A DNA stretch of 64,000 bases. Origin: Calditrichia bacterium (GTDB taxonomy: Bacteria > Calditrichota > Calditrichia > JAJRVZ01). The translations under genes and the position numbers were made by a program. Below, in pieces: positions 30,802 through 42,372 of this stretch (position 1 is the first letter of the stretch; every line of letters begins with the position of its first letter). The stretch covers positions 96,001 through 160,000 of the forward strand of contig CAVZSQ010000021.1 of the NCBI GenBank assembly GCA_963777955.1, given 5' to 3'. The notes under the pieces are model-generated. The model had not been told where the DNA came from. It searched no databases and saw only the letters and a program-made list of their open reading frames with translations.

Positions 30802-32319
30802 TCAGAAGAGAGATTCTACTTTATTGATGAGATCATGAACGCTGAAAGGCTTTTCAATATAATGGACAATGCCCAGTTCTCGTAATTCCCGTTTTTTATC
30901 TTCATCGCCGATTCCGGAAATGATCAATATTTTCTGTTTCGGATTCAGCATTTTTAAATCATTATAGCAGGTAAAACCACTGACATCAGGCATGATCAGA
31001 TCCAGAAAAACAATATCAATCTCCATCATCTTTTCTTTATATATTTTCAGGCCTTTTTCTGCATTGTTAGCTGTATAAACTTTAAAACCAATCGACTTGA
31101 GCATATCATGAGCCAATTCGAGGATCATACTCTCGTCATCAATCACCAGAATGGAGCGATTCCGGCCGATATTCTTCAGATATTCATGGGCGACATCGGT
31201 ATCCTGAATACCTTCGGCCTTGGGTATTAATAAGACAAAAGTTGTCCCTTTATCAGGTTCACTCTGTACTTCAATTTCTCCGCAAATGCTTTTAATGATG
31301 CCATAAACCATGGATAAGCCAAGTCCTGTGCCTTTGCCCGGTTTCTTGGTTGTAAAGAAAGGATCAAAAATATGCTTCAGATTTTCCTTGCTGATGCCAT
31401 GGCCGTTATCATCAATTTCAAAACGGATATATTTGCCTTCGCTGAGTTGTTTATAACCGCTTTTATTTAAACTGGAAATTTCAAAATTACTCGCCTTGAA
31501 TATTATTTTACCACTTTCGCTGATGGCGTCCTTGGCATTTAAAGCCAGATTCATGATAATCTGCTGCAACTGCGCATCATCAATTTTAACGAAACCCAGA
31601 TCTTTCTCGAAATCAATTATAATGTCGACATTTTTATCAAATAATTTGCGGATAATATCGAATGTTTCCATCGCGGTTCTGGAGAAATCTGTAGCCAGTG
31701 CGGATTTAACCCGGTCTTCCCTGGCAAAATTCAATAGTCTTTTAACGATGTCGGATGCCCGGTTAGCTGATTTTTGTATGGCCTCAGCACGTTTAAAGTT
31801 CAGTTCGGTATTGGCGGTGGAAAGTTTAATCAATTCGGCATTGGGTAGGATACCGGTCAGAATATTATTGAATTCATGTGCAATCCCGCTGGCTAATAAT
31901 CCGATACTCTCCATTTTCTGGGCCTGCAGCAGTTGATGTTGTACTTTCTTTATATAAGTCATGTCTTTAAACAGGACCGAGAAACCGATTATATTATTGC
32001 TCAAATCCTTGATTTGATTCATCGTCAGCAGGACCGGACATTTATTATTATATATCTGCAGTTCGATTTCATAATCTTTGATATAACCAAACTTATTTAC
32101 CGTGGCAATTAGATAATTGATATCGCCTTCAGTCCGGATAAAACTGTTAAAAAAATTAAACGAGTTATCTTCTTCCCTGATACCCAGTAATTCCAGAGCC
32201 GCGATATTCGCATAAATAAAATCCCCGTCCGATTTAATGATGCAAAATCCATCCTTTAAATCCTGGACGATTGAGGATAGGCTTCTGTTTTCCTTCTGGA
32301 ATCTTTTATTCTTGAACAT
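30802..32319 (-). CDS. Soluble hybrid sensor kinase (PAS-HisKA-HATPase-REC)
   Basis: [54 protein letters not shown]; receiver LVIDDE..LDLIMP..KPF. Confidence 0.93.
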   Translation of the reverse strand: MFKNKRFQKENRSLSSIVQDLKDGFCIIKSDGDFIYANIAALELLGIREEDNSFNFFNSFIRTEGDINYLIATVNKFGYIKDYEIELQIYNNKCPVLLTMNQIKDLSNNIIGFSVLFKDMTYIKKVQHQLLQAQKMESIGLLASGIAHEFNNILTGILPNAELIKLSTANTELNFKRAEAIQKSANRASDIVKRLLNFAREDRVKSALATDFSRTAMETFDIIRKLFDKNVDIIIDFEKDLGFVKIDDAQLQQIIMNLALNAKDAISESGKIIFKASNFEISSLNKSGYKQLSEGKYIRFEIDDNGHGISKENLKHIFDPFFTTKKPGKGTGLGLSMVYGIIKSICGEIEVQSEPDKGTTFVLLIPKAEGIQDTDVAHEYLKNIGRNRSILVIDDESMILELAHDMLKSIGFKVYTANNAEKGLKIYKEKMMEIDIVFLDLIMPDVSGFTCYNDLKMLNPKQKILIISGIGDEDKKRELRELGIVHYIEKPFSVHDLINKVESLF

Positions 32320-33387
32320 TTATTTATCACCCTGATGAAAAAAGAATCCTATTGAACTGTACCAGCGGTTATACAAAGTCAGGATCGCCAGTATAAATGA
32401 AATAACGATAGAAAGAATCAAAATCAGTAAGTTCAACTTCAAAAATATTTCAAATTTATTAAAAAAGAACAGATACACACCCAGCGAGATAATTACCACC
32501 GCGGAAATGATCAGATGCCTGGTTTTAAAGTTGGAATAAAAACCCAGAATATAACTTCGTCTGGGTTTGTCAATAAATCCTTTCAACAGATAATAATTTT
32601 CAATGTACCGTTCATTCTCCTTGGAATTGGGATCAAGCAGATATATCCAGCGGGAGAATAAGGCGAATATTATGATCAAATACAGGACGGCATTGAAATA
32701 TTGGCCGAAGTAATAAAATATCAAATCGTTTTCGGCGCTGAACATATGAAATATCTGCAAGCCCATTAAAATGGTATACGCCGAGATAATACTGGATATA
32801 TATTCTGAGAATATGAGTTTGGACTGGGTATATTGATGCCAGAAGACGATCAACAGGCAAAAATTCAGGATATGCATATAATAGTTTCTGGAAAATAACG
32901 GATCATAGGAATACATAAACCGGCCGCTGATAAAAATAGGCGCGAACATGCCCAGACAGATAACCAGCGAAAAGATTAGCGCGGTCAGCAGTGCATTAGA
33001 CCTCTTTTTATGAGGCAGTATTGAAATCATAAAAATGTAAAAGGTAAAAAACAGTTGATAGGTCGTGGTAAAAATACTGATAAAATGATAATTAAGGTAA
33101 TTGAAAAGTTCGGAGAAAGTCGCCAGGCTGAAAATACAGAAGATACTCGAGATCGTGGTAAAGGTAGGCCAGATCCCGACTATAATCAATATATCGCGAT
33201 TGACCTTGCTCAGATTGATCGTACGCCAGACCAGATACGTTATGATAAAATACAGATTGATATTGACTAAATAGATAATTTCATATTCCTGATGCGGAAT
33301 AAGCGAATACAAAATTTTCAGGCAGAATATAAAAACAAGTTCGGCCAGTATCAGTTCACCGGCTACTTTAACGATTTCTTTCTTCAT
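32320..33387 (-). CDS. Hypothetical polytopic membrane protein (about 10-11 TM segments)
   Basis: 355-aa hydrophobic ORF; start overlaps the glyQS stop (ATGA) and its stop abuts the kinase ATG. Confidence 0.75.
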   Translation of the reverse strand: MKKEIVKVAGELILAELVFIFCLKILYSLIPHQEYEIIYLVNINLYFIITYLVWRTINLSKVNRDILIIVGIWPTFTTISSIFCIFSLATFSELFNYLNYHFISIFTTTYQLFFTFYIFMISILPHKKRSNALLTALIFSLVICLGMFAPIFISGRFMYSYDPLFSRNYYMHILNFCLLIVFWHQYTQSKLIFSEYISSIISAYTILMGLQIFHMFSAENDLIFYYFGQYFNAVLYLIIIFALFSRWIYLLDPNSKENERYIENYYLLKGFIDKPRRSYILGFYSNFKTRHLIISAVVIISLGVYLFFFNKFEIFLKLNLLILILSIVISFILAILTLYNRWYSSIGFFFHQGDK

Positions 33388-34695
33388 GGGCGACTTTCAA
33401 TACCTGCTCTTAAAAAATCCCTCAGCCTGTCCGAATTTACCCGCTCCTGGACCATGGAATCCCGCCAGCGTACAGTGACTGTCATATTTTGCAGGGTCTC
33501 TGAATCCACTGTAACGCAGAACGGCGTGCCCGCTTCATCCATTCTCCTGTATCGGCGACCGACAGATCCGCTGTCATCATAGAATACTCTGAAATTTCCC
33601 TTTAAGTCAGCGGCAATTTTCCTGGCAATATCCTGCATACCGTCACGATTAACCAGCGGGAAAACTGCAACTTTTATTGGTGCCAGAACCGGCGCCAGTT
33701 TTAATACGACTCTTTCCGTTTCCTCCTCATAGGCATCGATCAGTACGGTTAACAGTGTACGATCACAACCTATGGAGGTTTCGATCACATAAGGTATATA
33801 TTTCCTTTTCTCCTGGTCATCAAAATATTGCAAATCCTTGCCGGAATATTCCTCGTGCCGATGCAAATCGAAATCAGTCCGGTTATGAATCCCTTCGATC
33901 TCCTGCCAGCCAAATGGGAATTCGTACTGAATATCAAATGCTTTCTTGGCGTAATGAGCTAATTCCGTGGCCGAGTGTTCATGAAATGATAATTTATTCT
34001 TTTTTGATACCCAGCCGTTCATACCAGCTCATGCGTTCATTTTTCCAGTATTCAAACCATTGCTCATCCGATCCCGGTTTTACAAAATACTGCATTTCCA
34101 TTTGTTCAAACTCACGCGTCCGGAAAGTAAAATTACCCGGAGTAATCTCATTGCGGAAGGCTTTGCCGATCTGTGCTATTCCAAACGGGACCTTTCTTCT
34201 GGCAGATTCTCGTACATTATGGAAATTAACATAAATGCCCTGCGCCGTTTCCGGACGCAGATAGATGATACTAGCTGTATCTTCGACAGGTCCCATAAAA
34301 GTCTTGAACATTAAATTAAAATTTCTGGCTTCGGTCAATTCTCCGCCGCAGACAGGACACTTTTTGGATTTTTCCAGGATATCCGCTTTGAATCTGTTCT
34401 TACAGTTTTTGCAATCGATCAAAGGATCGGTAAAACCTTCCACATGACCGGAGGCCTCCCAGACCCGGGGATGCATCAGAATACTGGCATCGATTCCCTC
34501 AATATCATCCCGCTCATAGACCATGGCTTTCCACCATAATTCCTTGATCTTCTTCTTCAATTCTATCCCCAGCGGACCATAATCATAGCAACTGTTTATA
34601 CCACCGTAGATCTCACTGCTCTGAAAAATAAATCCGCGCCTTTTGGCCAGGGATACAATTTTGTCCATCACATTGCTTTCTTTGCTCTTCTCCAC
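33384..34695 (-). CDS. glyQS: Glycine--tRNA ligase, alpha2 (GlyQS) type; +1 frameshift in an A-run near 34003
   Basis: [43 protein letters not shown]; second part [34 protein letters not shown]. Confidence 0.95.
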
Positions 34696-34748
34696 TGCCT
34701 CACTCCTGTACTTCGTACATGTATTTTCTATTATTAATTATGATTTAT

Positions 34749-35519
34749 TTAAGTCCGTAAATCCTGGTGGGAGAATCCGGATAATTTTAATCCGTTCAGC
34801 ACCAATTTCTGCCCGGTATGAAATTGAATATATTGTAATAAAAAATCCGTAAAGTTTAGCCGTTGATTTAAAGTAAGCCCCAGCCGTGCTATACTGGTAT
34901 GCCTGGTCTGCTGAATACGGGCCAGGATTTTTAAATCCGCTTTTGTGATTTTTATATTATTTTCACCTGCCGGCAGGCAGGATCTGCATATTACCGAACC
35001 TTCGTTCATAGAAAAGTAAACTTCATCATCGTTGACCTGAATCCCGCACTTCCGGCAGATTGTGAATTCAGGTTTGAATCCCAAATACGAGGCCAACTTC
35101 AATAAATAATACCAGAAAATTACCTGTTCATTATCCGAATCTTCCAGGGCCTGCAATATCTGTTTATTAAAATCAAAAAAAGTACTATCCGGATTGCTGT
35201 AGGCAAAAAATGCATCCAGCAGTTCAAGTACCCCGAAAGCATATCCGGTTTTTAATAAATCCCGGCGCAGGGTGTTAAAACTATGTTCCAGACTAATATC
35301 ACCAAGAGTTTGCAACTCTCTCCCGGGTGAAAGATAGATGAAGGCCTCAATTAAGTTTAACGACTCCAAAAGACCACGATAGCGACTGTCTGTTTTTTTG
35401 GCACCCTTGGCCATAACATTCAATTTCCCCAGTTCCCGGGTGAACAGAGTTGTAATTTTGCTTGAATCTTTCCAGTCTATGCTTTTCAGCACCAGGGCTG
35501 TGGTTTTTTGCAGCGACAT
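34749..35519 (-). CDS. recO: DNA repair protein RecO
   Basis: DSSKITTLFTRELGKL..AKGA; LGFKPEFTICRKCG..CRSC zinc finger. Confidence 0.93.
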   Translation of the reverse strand: MSLQKTTALVLKSIDWKDSSKITTLFTRELGKLNVMAKGAKKTDSRYRGLLESLNLIEAFIYLSPGRELQTLGDISLEHSFNTLRRDLLKTGYAFGVLELLDAFFAYSNPDSTFFDFNKQILQALEDSDNEQVIFWYYLLKLASYLGFKPEFTICRKCGIQVNDDEVYFSMNEGSVICRSCLPAGENNIKITKADLKILARIQQTRHTSIARLGLTLNQRLNFTDFLLQYIQFHTGQKLVLNGLKLSGFSHQDLRT

Positions 35520-35618
35520 ATTCTAATCAGTATCTGCTATCCATTAAATTAGCTGCTCAGTACCAGACGAAATATATCAGTTTGTCACGACCTGTGCCTG
35601 CTGAGGAAATGAATACCA

Positions 35619-36420
35619 TCAGGCCTGTAATTTGTATATCTCATTGGTAAGTTTAACATATTCTTCAATGGTTAAATCTTCCGCCCGGACATCCAGTGGA
35701 ATCGACTTTATCTGCCTGACTATCTCCACTTCGTAAAAATCTGCGCAGATTATTGTAAATCGTTTTTCTGCGGGTCTGAAAGCACTGCCGGACTACCTGC
35801 CGGAATAAATCATGATCGCTGAGTTCGCCACTGGCTGTCCTGAATGTAAAATTCAATACCGCCGAATCGACCTTGGGTACCGGGAAAAAATTTTTGCTGC
35901 CTACCCTGAATATTCTGTCGATCTGTGCATAATTCCCGATAATAACCGTGGGTATACCGTACTCCTTATTGTGCGGCGAAGCCAGAAGCCGCTCCGCCAC
36001 CTCCTGCTGAACCATAATCACAAGTTGATCTATGTATTCACGATAATCCAGCAGTCTGAAAAGTATGTCCGACGTAATATTATAGGGAATATTCCCCACA
36101 ACTTTTACTTTTCGAGCCGGCGTTTGCGCCAGCGCCAGTCGGTCAATCGCATAATCTAAAATACTTTCAGGAACAATCTCTACCGGCGGACTGAACTTTT
36201 CCCGTAGAAACCGGACACATCTTTCATCTATTTCCAGCGCAACTATTTTTTTGCAGGGCTGCTGCTGTAATAATTCAGTGATGGCACCTGTACCGGCACC
36301 AATCTCCAGAACAACATCTGCCGGCTGCAGATTGAGCGCCGCAACTATCTTTTCAGCATAATGCCGGTTCTTCAGAAAATTCTGACCATATTTTTTTAGT
36401 GGCGGCAATGATTGAGTCAT
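35619..36420 (-). CDS. rsmA: 16S rRNA dimethyladenosine transferase RsmA/KsgA; +1 frameshift near 35737
   Basis: GQNFL, EIGAGTG, GNIPYNITS, MVQQEVAER, FFPVPKVDS; corrected end VRAEDLTIEEYVKL..QA*. Confidence 0.93.
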
Positions 36421-37187
36421 CAGGCTGTGATTCTGAATAAACTCCTGGCGTTCTCGGTGGTAATCTCCGCTAATTTCTCGATTGAGATGTTTTTAATCCT
36501 GGCGATGGTAGCCGCAGTATATTTGATATAAGCGGGTTCATTGCGTTTACCCCTGAAGGGAACCGGTGCCAGATACGGGCTGTCAGTTTCCAGAAGTATT
36601 TGTTCCACAGGAACACGATCAATTAATTTATAATAACTGGTATTTTTGTAAGTTATGGCCCCGGTAAAAGAGATATATAAATTTAATTTTAATACCGCTT
36701 TTAGAAAATCCTCATCCCCGGAGAAAGAATGAAGCACCCCGCTCACTTCCTGCACTTTTTCTTCGGTCAAAATGGAATATAAATCGTCATGTGCATCGCG
36801 GTTATGAACGATTACCGGGATTTTTAACTGGCGGGCCAGTTGAATTTGTTTACGAAAAAAATCATGTTGTTTTTCTTTAGTGCTGTAGTGGCGGTAATAA
36901 TCCAGTCCTATTTCACCGATGGCCACTGCTTTTTTGCGACCGGCCAGTGTTTTGATCTTATCCAGATCGGATTCGTTCAGATCATTTAAATCATTGGGGT
37001 GCAGACCAACGGCAGCATAGACCACGGCAAACTGATCCGCTAATTGCAAAGATTTAAGCGAAGAATCATAATCGGTGCCAATGGTAATCAGGGCACGGAC
37101 ATGGTTCTGGATGGCACGTTGAACGATCTTCTCCGTCTCATCTGCGAATTCCTGCGCATGGAGATGACAATGCGTATCGATAAACAT
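36420..37187 (-). CDS. tatD: TatD family hydrolase
   Basis: DTHCHL, GLHP, AIGEIGLDY, HNRDA, LETDSPYLAP, GKRNEP. Confidence 0.95.
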   Translation of the reverse strand: MFIDTHCHLHAQEFADETEKIVQRAIQNHVRALITIGTDYDSSLKSLQLADQFAVVYAAVGLHPNDLNDLNESDLDKIKTLAGRKKAVAIGEIGLDYYRHYSTKEKQHDFFRKQIQLARQLKIPVIVHNRDAHDDLYSILTEEKVQEVSGVLHSFSGDEDFLKAVLKLNLYISFTGAITYKNTSYYKLIDRVPVEQILLETDSPYLAPVPFRGKRNEPAYIKYTAATIARIKNISIEKLAEITTENARSLFRITA

Positions 37188-37206
37188 CTGACTTCCTAAA
37201 TAGGTT

Positions 37207-37527
37207 TCAACTGATCCGGGCCCCGGTCTCTATATCCTGGTCCACGGTCAGCAATCTTAAGGTACCCTCCTGTGAGGCTGCCAGCAACATACCGTTTGAG
37301 GTTTCGCCATGTATGGTGGCAGGTTCTAAATTCGCAACGACAATAATTTTCCGGCCGATCAGATCTTCCGGCTTATAATGTGCAGCAATGCCGGCAATTA
37401 TTTGCCGCTCTTCCTGACCAATCCGTACCTGCAGTTTAAGCAACTTCTGGCTTTTAGCCAGACGTTCCGCCTTAAGTACTTCAGCGACGGTCAGATTTAT
37501 CTTCTTAAAATCATCGATTGTAATCAC
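37207..37527 (-). CDS. MetRS C-terminal tRNA-binding OB-fold (Trbp111-like), apparently a separate cistron
   Basis: [42 protein letters not shown] start with GGGGAG 6 nt upstream. Confidence 0.8.
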   Translation of the reverse strand: MITIDDFKKINLTVAEVLKAERLAKSQKLLKLQVRIGQEERQIIAGIAAHYKPEDLIGRKIIVVANLEPATIHGETSNGMLLAASQEGTLRLLTVDQDIETGARIS

Positions 37528-39265
37528 AGGCTTCTCCCCTTGTGCGGTTGCAGTGCTGCCGGTAGCGAACCGGCTAATTTAGCCGAGTTCCCGGTCAATC
37601 TTGTCATTTTCAATTTTAGTGAACAGAATCTGCGGCTCATTGATGGCGTGTCCTGCTTTAAGCGACAACTTTCCGGCGTTATCCCATTCGTTCATCAGGG
37701 CCTGATCCAGATTCAGCATGGTTCCGATTTTCTGAGCGGTGTCCGGTAAAAACGGTTTGAGCAGAATCGCCAGTGTTTTTATCGTTTCCAGGCACAGGTA
37801 TATGGTTGTGTCACAGCTGCCTTTGTCCTTTTTAATCGTCAGCCAGGGCATTTTATCATTAAAATATTTATTGGCAAAACGGGCCAGGTCCATAATCTCT
37901 TTCAAGGCCAGGCGGAATGCGAAGCTATCCACTAGAATACCTACCGTCGGCGGCAGCCTTTTTAACTGTTTAATCAACTCCTGATCCAATGTATCAAAAT
38001 TATCTAGCAGCGGGAATTTTACCCTGGTACTGCCGGATTAAAAAGGTCAGGGTCCTGTTCACGAAATTTCCCAGAATGTCAGCCAGTTCATTGTTGTGCC
38101 GGGCCTGAAATTCCTTCCAGGAAAAATCCGCATCCTTCGTCTCCGGTAAAATACTGGTCAGGCAATAGCGCAGGGAATCTGTGTCAAATTCTTTTAAATA
38201 TTCATCCAGCCATACTGCATAATTCCGGCTGGTGGAAATTTTATTACCCTCCAAATTTAAAAATTCATTGGCCGGTACGTTATCGGGAAGCACATAGTCG
38301 CCATGAGCCATCAGCATTGCCGGGAAAATCAGACAGTGAAAAACGATATTATCTTTCCCGATAAAATGAACCAGGCGGGTTTCCTGGTTTTGCCAGTACT
38401 CTTTCCATAATTCCGGTTTACCCTGCTGCATGGCCCATTCCACGGTCGCCGAAATATAACCAATCGGTGCATCAAACCAGACATACAGGACTTTTCCCTG
38501 CGCATCGATACCTTCTGCTTCAGCCACATCGTCGGGCACCGGGACACCCCAGGATAAATCCCTGGTCACGGCACGGTCTTTAAGTCCCTGAGAAAACCAA
38601 CTCTGGATTTGACCCAGCACGTTCGATTTCCAGTTTTTATGGCCGCTGATCCACTTTTCTAATCTCGGTTGAAATTTCTCCAGCGGCAAATACCAGTGCA
38701 GCGACTCTTTCAAAACCGGCTTGGTGTCCGTCACCATACTGCGCGGCTCGAGCAGGTCCGTCGGACTGAGGCTGGAACCGCATTTTTCGCACTGATCGCC
38801 ATAGGCATCCTTATAGCCGCAATGGGGACAAATCCCCCGCACAAAACGATCAGCCAGAAACATTTTGGCCTGCGCATCATAAAGTTGCTGGTCTCTTTTC
38901 AGAATAAAACTTTTTTGCTCAGCTAGCCTGCGGAAAAAATCCTGGCTGATCCGGTAATGTACCGGGGAAGAGGTACGGCCGTAAAAGTCAAATTCTATCC
39001 CGAAAGCAGCAAAACTTTTTTTATTCTGTTCATGATAAAAATCGACGATTTTCTGCGGGGAAGTATTTTCCGATTTGGCGCGTAATAAAATCGGTACGCC
39101 GTGTTCGTCCGAACCACAGATAAAAAGTATATCATGCCCTTTCAGGCGGTGATAACGTACAAATATATCTGCGGGCAGATAGGCGCCGGCTAAATGCCCC
39201 AGATGAATCGGACCATTGGCATAAGGTAAAGCACTGGTCACTAGAATTCTTTTAAAACCTGCCAC
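37524..39265 (-). CDS. metG: Methionine--tRNA ligase catalytic and anticodon-binding domains; +1 frameshift near 38006; 3' end either 37579 (as read) or 37524
   Basis: [29 protein letters not shown] knuckles, [20 protein letters not shown]; downstream [15 protein letters not shown]. Confidence 0.93.
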
Positions 39266-39299
39266 GATATGATCACCTTTTTATATCAATACAAACTAT

Positions 39300-39328
39300 A
39301 ATTTACACAGATCTGTTTAACATAACAA
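39300..39328 (-). promoter_or_regulatory. Putative sigma70 promoter of metG
   Basis: TTGTTA-N17-TAAATT on the minus strand. Confidence 0.5.
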
Positions 39329-39366
39329 GCACACGGATTACCCTTAAAACGAGGGGAATAATAGTT

Positions 39367-40194
39367 TCAGGCTTTTAAATTTAAATGTCCGGTCAATAAT
39401 TTATTGATTTCGGAAAGTGAAAAATATTCATATTCATCATCATTAAACCTTAGCAGGACATTATCATTGAAAATATCAATTTTATCCACATATCCTTTAC
39501 CCCGGTCCGTTTCAATAACCGAGTCCAGTGCCGGAAATTTTTTAAGCGAGTCGGCATAAAAATTCTTCTCGAATAACAAACAGCATTTCAGACGGTTGCA
39601 GACCCCGGAAAGTTTAGCCGGATTCATAGGTAAATTCTGTTCCTTGGCATCATTGGTAGAAATGGGTGAAAAAGTCTGCAGAAATGAACAGCAACACAGC
39701 CGATTGCCGCAAACTCCCATCCCCCCGATTTTCCGGGTTTCTTCGCGGACACTGATCTGCCGCAGTTCAATGCGGGTGCGGTATTTACCGGCCAGGTCTT
39801 TTACCAGATCCCTGAAATCAACCCGCTCATCCGAGGTAAAATAAAAGGTCAATTTATTGGCATCGAACTGATACTCCACATCCACAAGTTTCATATTCAA
39901 ATTGCGGCGTTGAATCAACTCCTTACCCACCTCAAAGGCGGCCAGTTCACTTTCACGGTTTTTATTTAACTTTTCCAGTTCCTCCGGCGAAGCTTTTCGT
40001 ACAATAATTTTTGGTTCTTCTTTGACATCTTTTAACTGCTGCCTTGAATTAATTTGCAAAACCTTGCCCAGATCATTGCCTTTCTCCGCCTCGACAATGA
40101 CCAAATCGCCTATTTCGAGCTCCAGGCCGTGATAATTGATATAATAGGCCTTCCGGGTTTTCTTAAAACCGATTTCTACTAACTCTGGACTCAT
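39367..40194 (-). CDS. ricT: PSP1 domain protein (RicT/YaaT)
   Basis: FYFTSDERVDFRDLVKDLA, RIELRQI, CGNRLCCC, LSGVCNRLKCCL. Confidence 0.92.
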   Translation of the reverse strand: MSPELVEIGFKKTRKAYYINYHGLELEIGDLVIVEAEKGNDLGKVLQINSRQQLKDVKEEPKIIVRKASPEELEKLNKNRESELAAFEVGKELIQRRNLNMKLVDVEYQFDANKLTFYFTSDERVDFRDLVKDLAGKYRTRIELRQISVREETRKIGGMGVCGNRLCCCSFLQTFSPISTNDAKEQNLPMNPAKLSGVCNRLKCCLLFEKNFYADSLKKFPALDSVIETDRGKGYVDKIDIFNDNVLLRFNDDEYEYFSLSEINKLLTGHLNLKA

Positions 40195-40200
40195 CGCAGT

Positions 40201-41299
40201 TCATAACTCCTTGGTAACTTTTTTCTGTTTTAAAACCATCTTGATCCGAAAGGCTAACACGGTTAAAACCAGTTGAGGATACACATTTTGCTTAATATGT
40301 TCACTGGCCTGCTCGATAAAAGCAATTATTTCCTCAAATCCGCTTAATGGATAAAGATCAGCAAACTGCACCATTTTTGCCTGGTAATCAACATGCACAA
40401 CATCGGCCTGATTACCAAATAATTTTATGTGCAGGATATCTTGAAACCATAAAATAATTAAAACCAATATGTTCAGCAAGTGATTTTTATCCCTTGATCT
40501 GACCAGCTCGTCAATTACGCTGAATATTTGAATATCATCATCAGCCAGCAGCGACTGTACATAGGCATACATGAGTTTCTTTTTGTCATCTTCCTCCGTT
40601 TCCAATTCCTGGAAGATCTTGACCAGATTTCCCTGACAGAGATGGACAGTTTTTTCCACCTTCGCAGTGAGGGGATGATAACGGGCAATTACCGTCGAAG
40701 ATTCTTTAAAACTCAATGGATGAAAATAGACCAGTTGACAGCGGGAACGAATCGTATCTAAAAGTAAATCCAGGTGAGAGGTGGCCAGAATGATCAGCAA
40801 ATTTGCCGGAGGTTCCTCCAGAATTTTAAGAAACGAATTGGCGCTCTCCCGGGTCATCCTTTCCGCATTGCTGACAATATATACCTTCTTTTCTGCTTCA
40901 TAGGGAGCAAACTTTGCCTCGGTTTTGAGTTCCCTTACCCTTTCTATCTGTATACTGGTATGACCGCTCAGATCAATCCCGGCATAGGGATTTTTCGCTT
41001 TTTGCTTGATCCTTTCCTTGATATCATCGACCGTCCAGTTGCTGGCGGTGGGAAACAGGTATTTGACATCCGGATGATTCAGGGAACTGACCTTGTGGCA
41101 GGCCGCGCAGGTATTACAGGGAATGGCGTTCAGCATCGAGGCAGTTTACCGCTTTGGCTAACTCGAAGGCCAGCGCTTCTTTACCGCTGCCCTGCGGTCC
41201 ATAGAAAAGATAAGCATGGGCCAGACGTTTCCGCTTGATGCTTTCCGTGAATCGTTCAATGATCTGCGGCTGGATCGAAATATTTGAAAAGTATTGCAT
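40201..41299 (-). CDS. holB: DNA polymerase III delta' subunit; +1 frameshift near 41125
   Basis: HAYLFYGPQGSGK, AVNC..PCNTCAAC, HPDV, ANSFLKILEEPP, TIRSRC. Confidence 0.92.
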
Positions 41300-41339
41300 T
41301 TATTTCAGCTTAATCTTCGGATTGAATCTATTTTTATAT

Positions 41340-41740
41340 TTAAGGCTTAGTGGTGGAAATAATGATCTTATATATCCCCTTCTTGCGCAGTAAATCCATG
41401 ACCTTGATGATAATACCATGGGTCGTTTTTTCATCTGCTCTGAGTACCACCATTTTTTCTGTCTGGGCCTGCAGCAATTCAGCGACCGTCTGAGCCAGTT
41501 CCTCCAGTTTTATCTGGATTTTTGTTGATATAAATATTACCCAGGGCATCTACAAATACAATTACTTTTTCAGCATTATGCGTCTCACTGCTTTCGGCTT
41601 CGGGTAATTTCAATTCAATTCCGGGCTGTTCCAGAAAGGTGGAGGTGACCGTAAAAAATATTATCAAAATGAACATGATGTCCATGAGCGAGGTAATATT
41701 GAGCGATACTTTCTTCTGCTGATTTCTTGGATAATTGCAT
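41340..41740 (-). CDS. exbD: ExbD/TolR biopolymer transport protein; two +1 frameshifts (near 41728 and 41521)
   Basis: LNITSLMDIMFILIIFFTVT, LKLPEA, LRADEKTTHG..VMD. Confidence 0.88.
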
Positions 41741-41761
41741 CGGATCTAAATCTTTTACTGT

Positions 41762-42371
41762 TTATTTTTTAAGATGAAATAATTTTTGAATTAAATAATT
41801 CGAATGTTTTTCAATATCCAGAACATAATTTTCCGCTCTGCCGGTAAAATAATTATAAAAAATCAAAGCGGGCACACCGATGAATAAGCCGGCAATGGTG
41901 GTAATCAGCGCTTCGGCAATACCGCCGGACAGAGCCGCCGCCTGGCCAACCCCCAATTCCTTTATCACATTAAATACCTTTTCCATTCCCAGAACAGTAC
42001 CGAGAAATCCGAACAACGGTGAAACAACTGCAATCGTTTCTAATAATGACAATCCCCGTTCTAATTCCCGGATTTCCTGGCGGCCCTGGTCTTCCAACAA
42101 CTCTTTGATCTCAGTTCCGCTCCAGCGTACTGTTTTCCAGGGTCAGCCGGATCAGATTGGGCAGCGGTCCTTTATATTTTGCACAGATATTTCTGGCCAG
42201 ATCGACATCCTGTTTTGAAAAAAAGTGTTCAACCAGATTGACTATTTCCGGTATCAGGATTTTTTTCCGCCGCAGACAAATAAACCGGTCGATAATAATG
42301 GCCAGTGCCAGAATTGAGGCTAGCAACAATGGATACATCATGATGCCGCCGCTCTTGAACCATTCTAACAT
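41762..42371 (-). CDS. exbB: MotA/TolQ/ExbB proton channel protein; +1 frameshift near 42116
   Basis: GGIMMYPL, SPLFGFLGTVLGM, GIAEALITTIAGL. Confidence 0.9.
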
Positions 42372-42372
42372 A

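Noticed and set aside
33384..34695. Two-subunit GlyRS (glyQ/glyS) or programmed frameshift
   Set aside because: Both ORFs are halves of one alpha2-type enzyme joined by deleting one A in a homopolymer; same pattern as the other errors.
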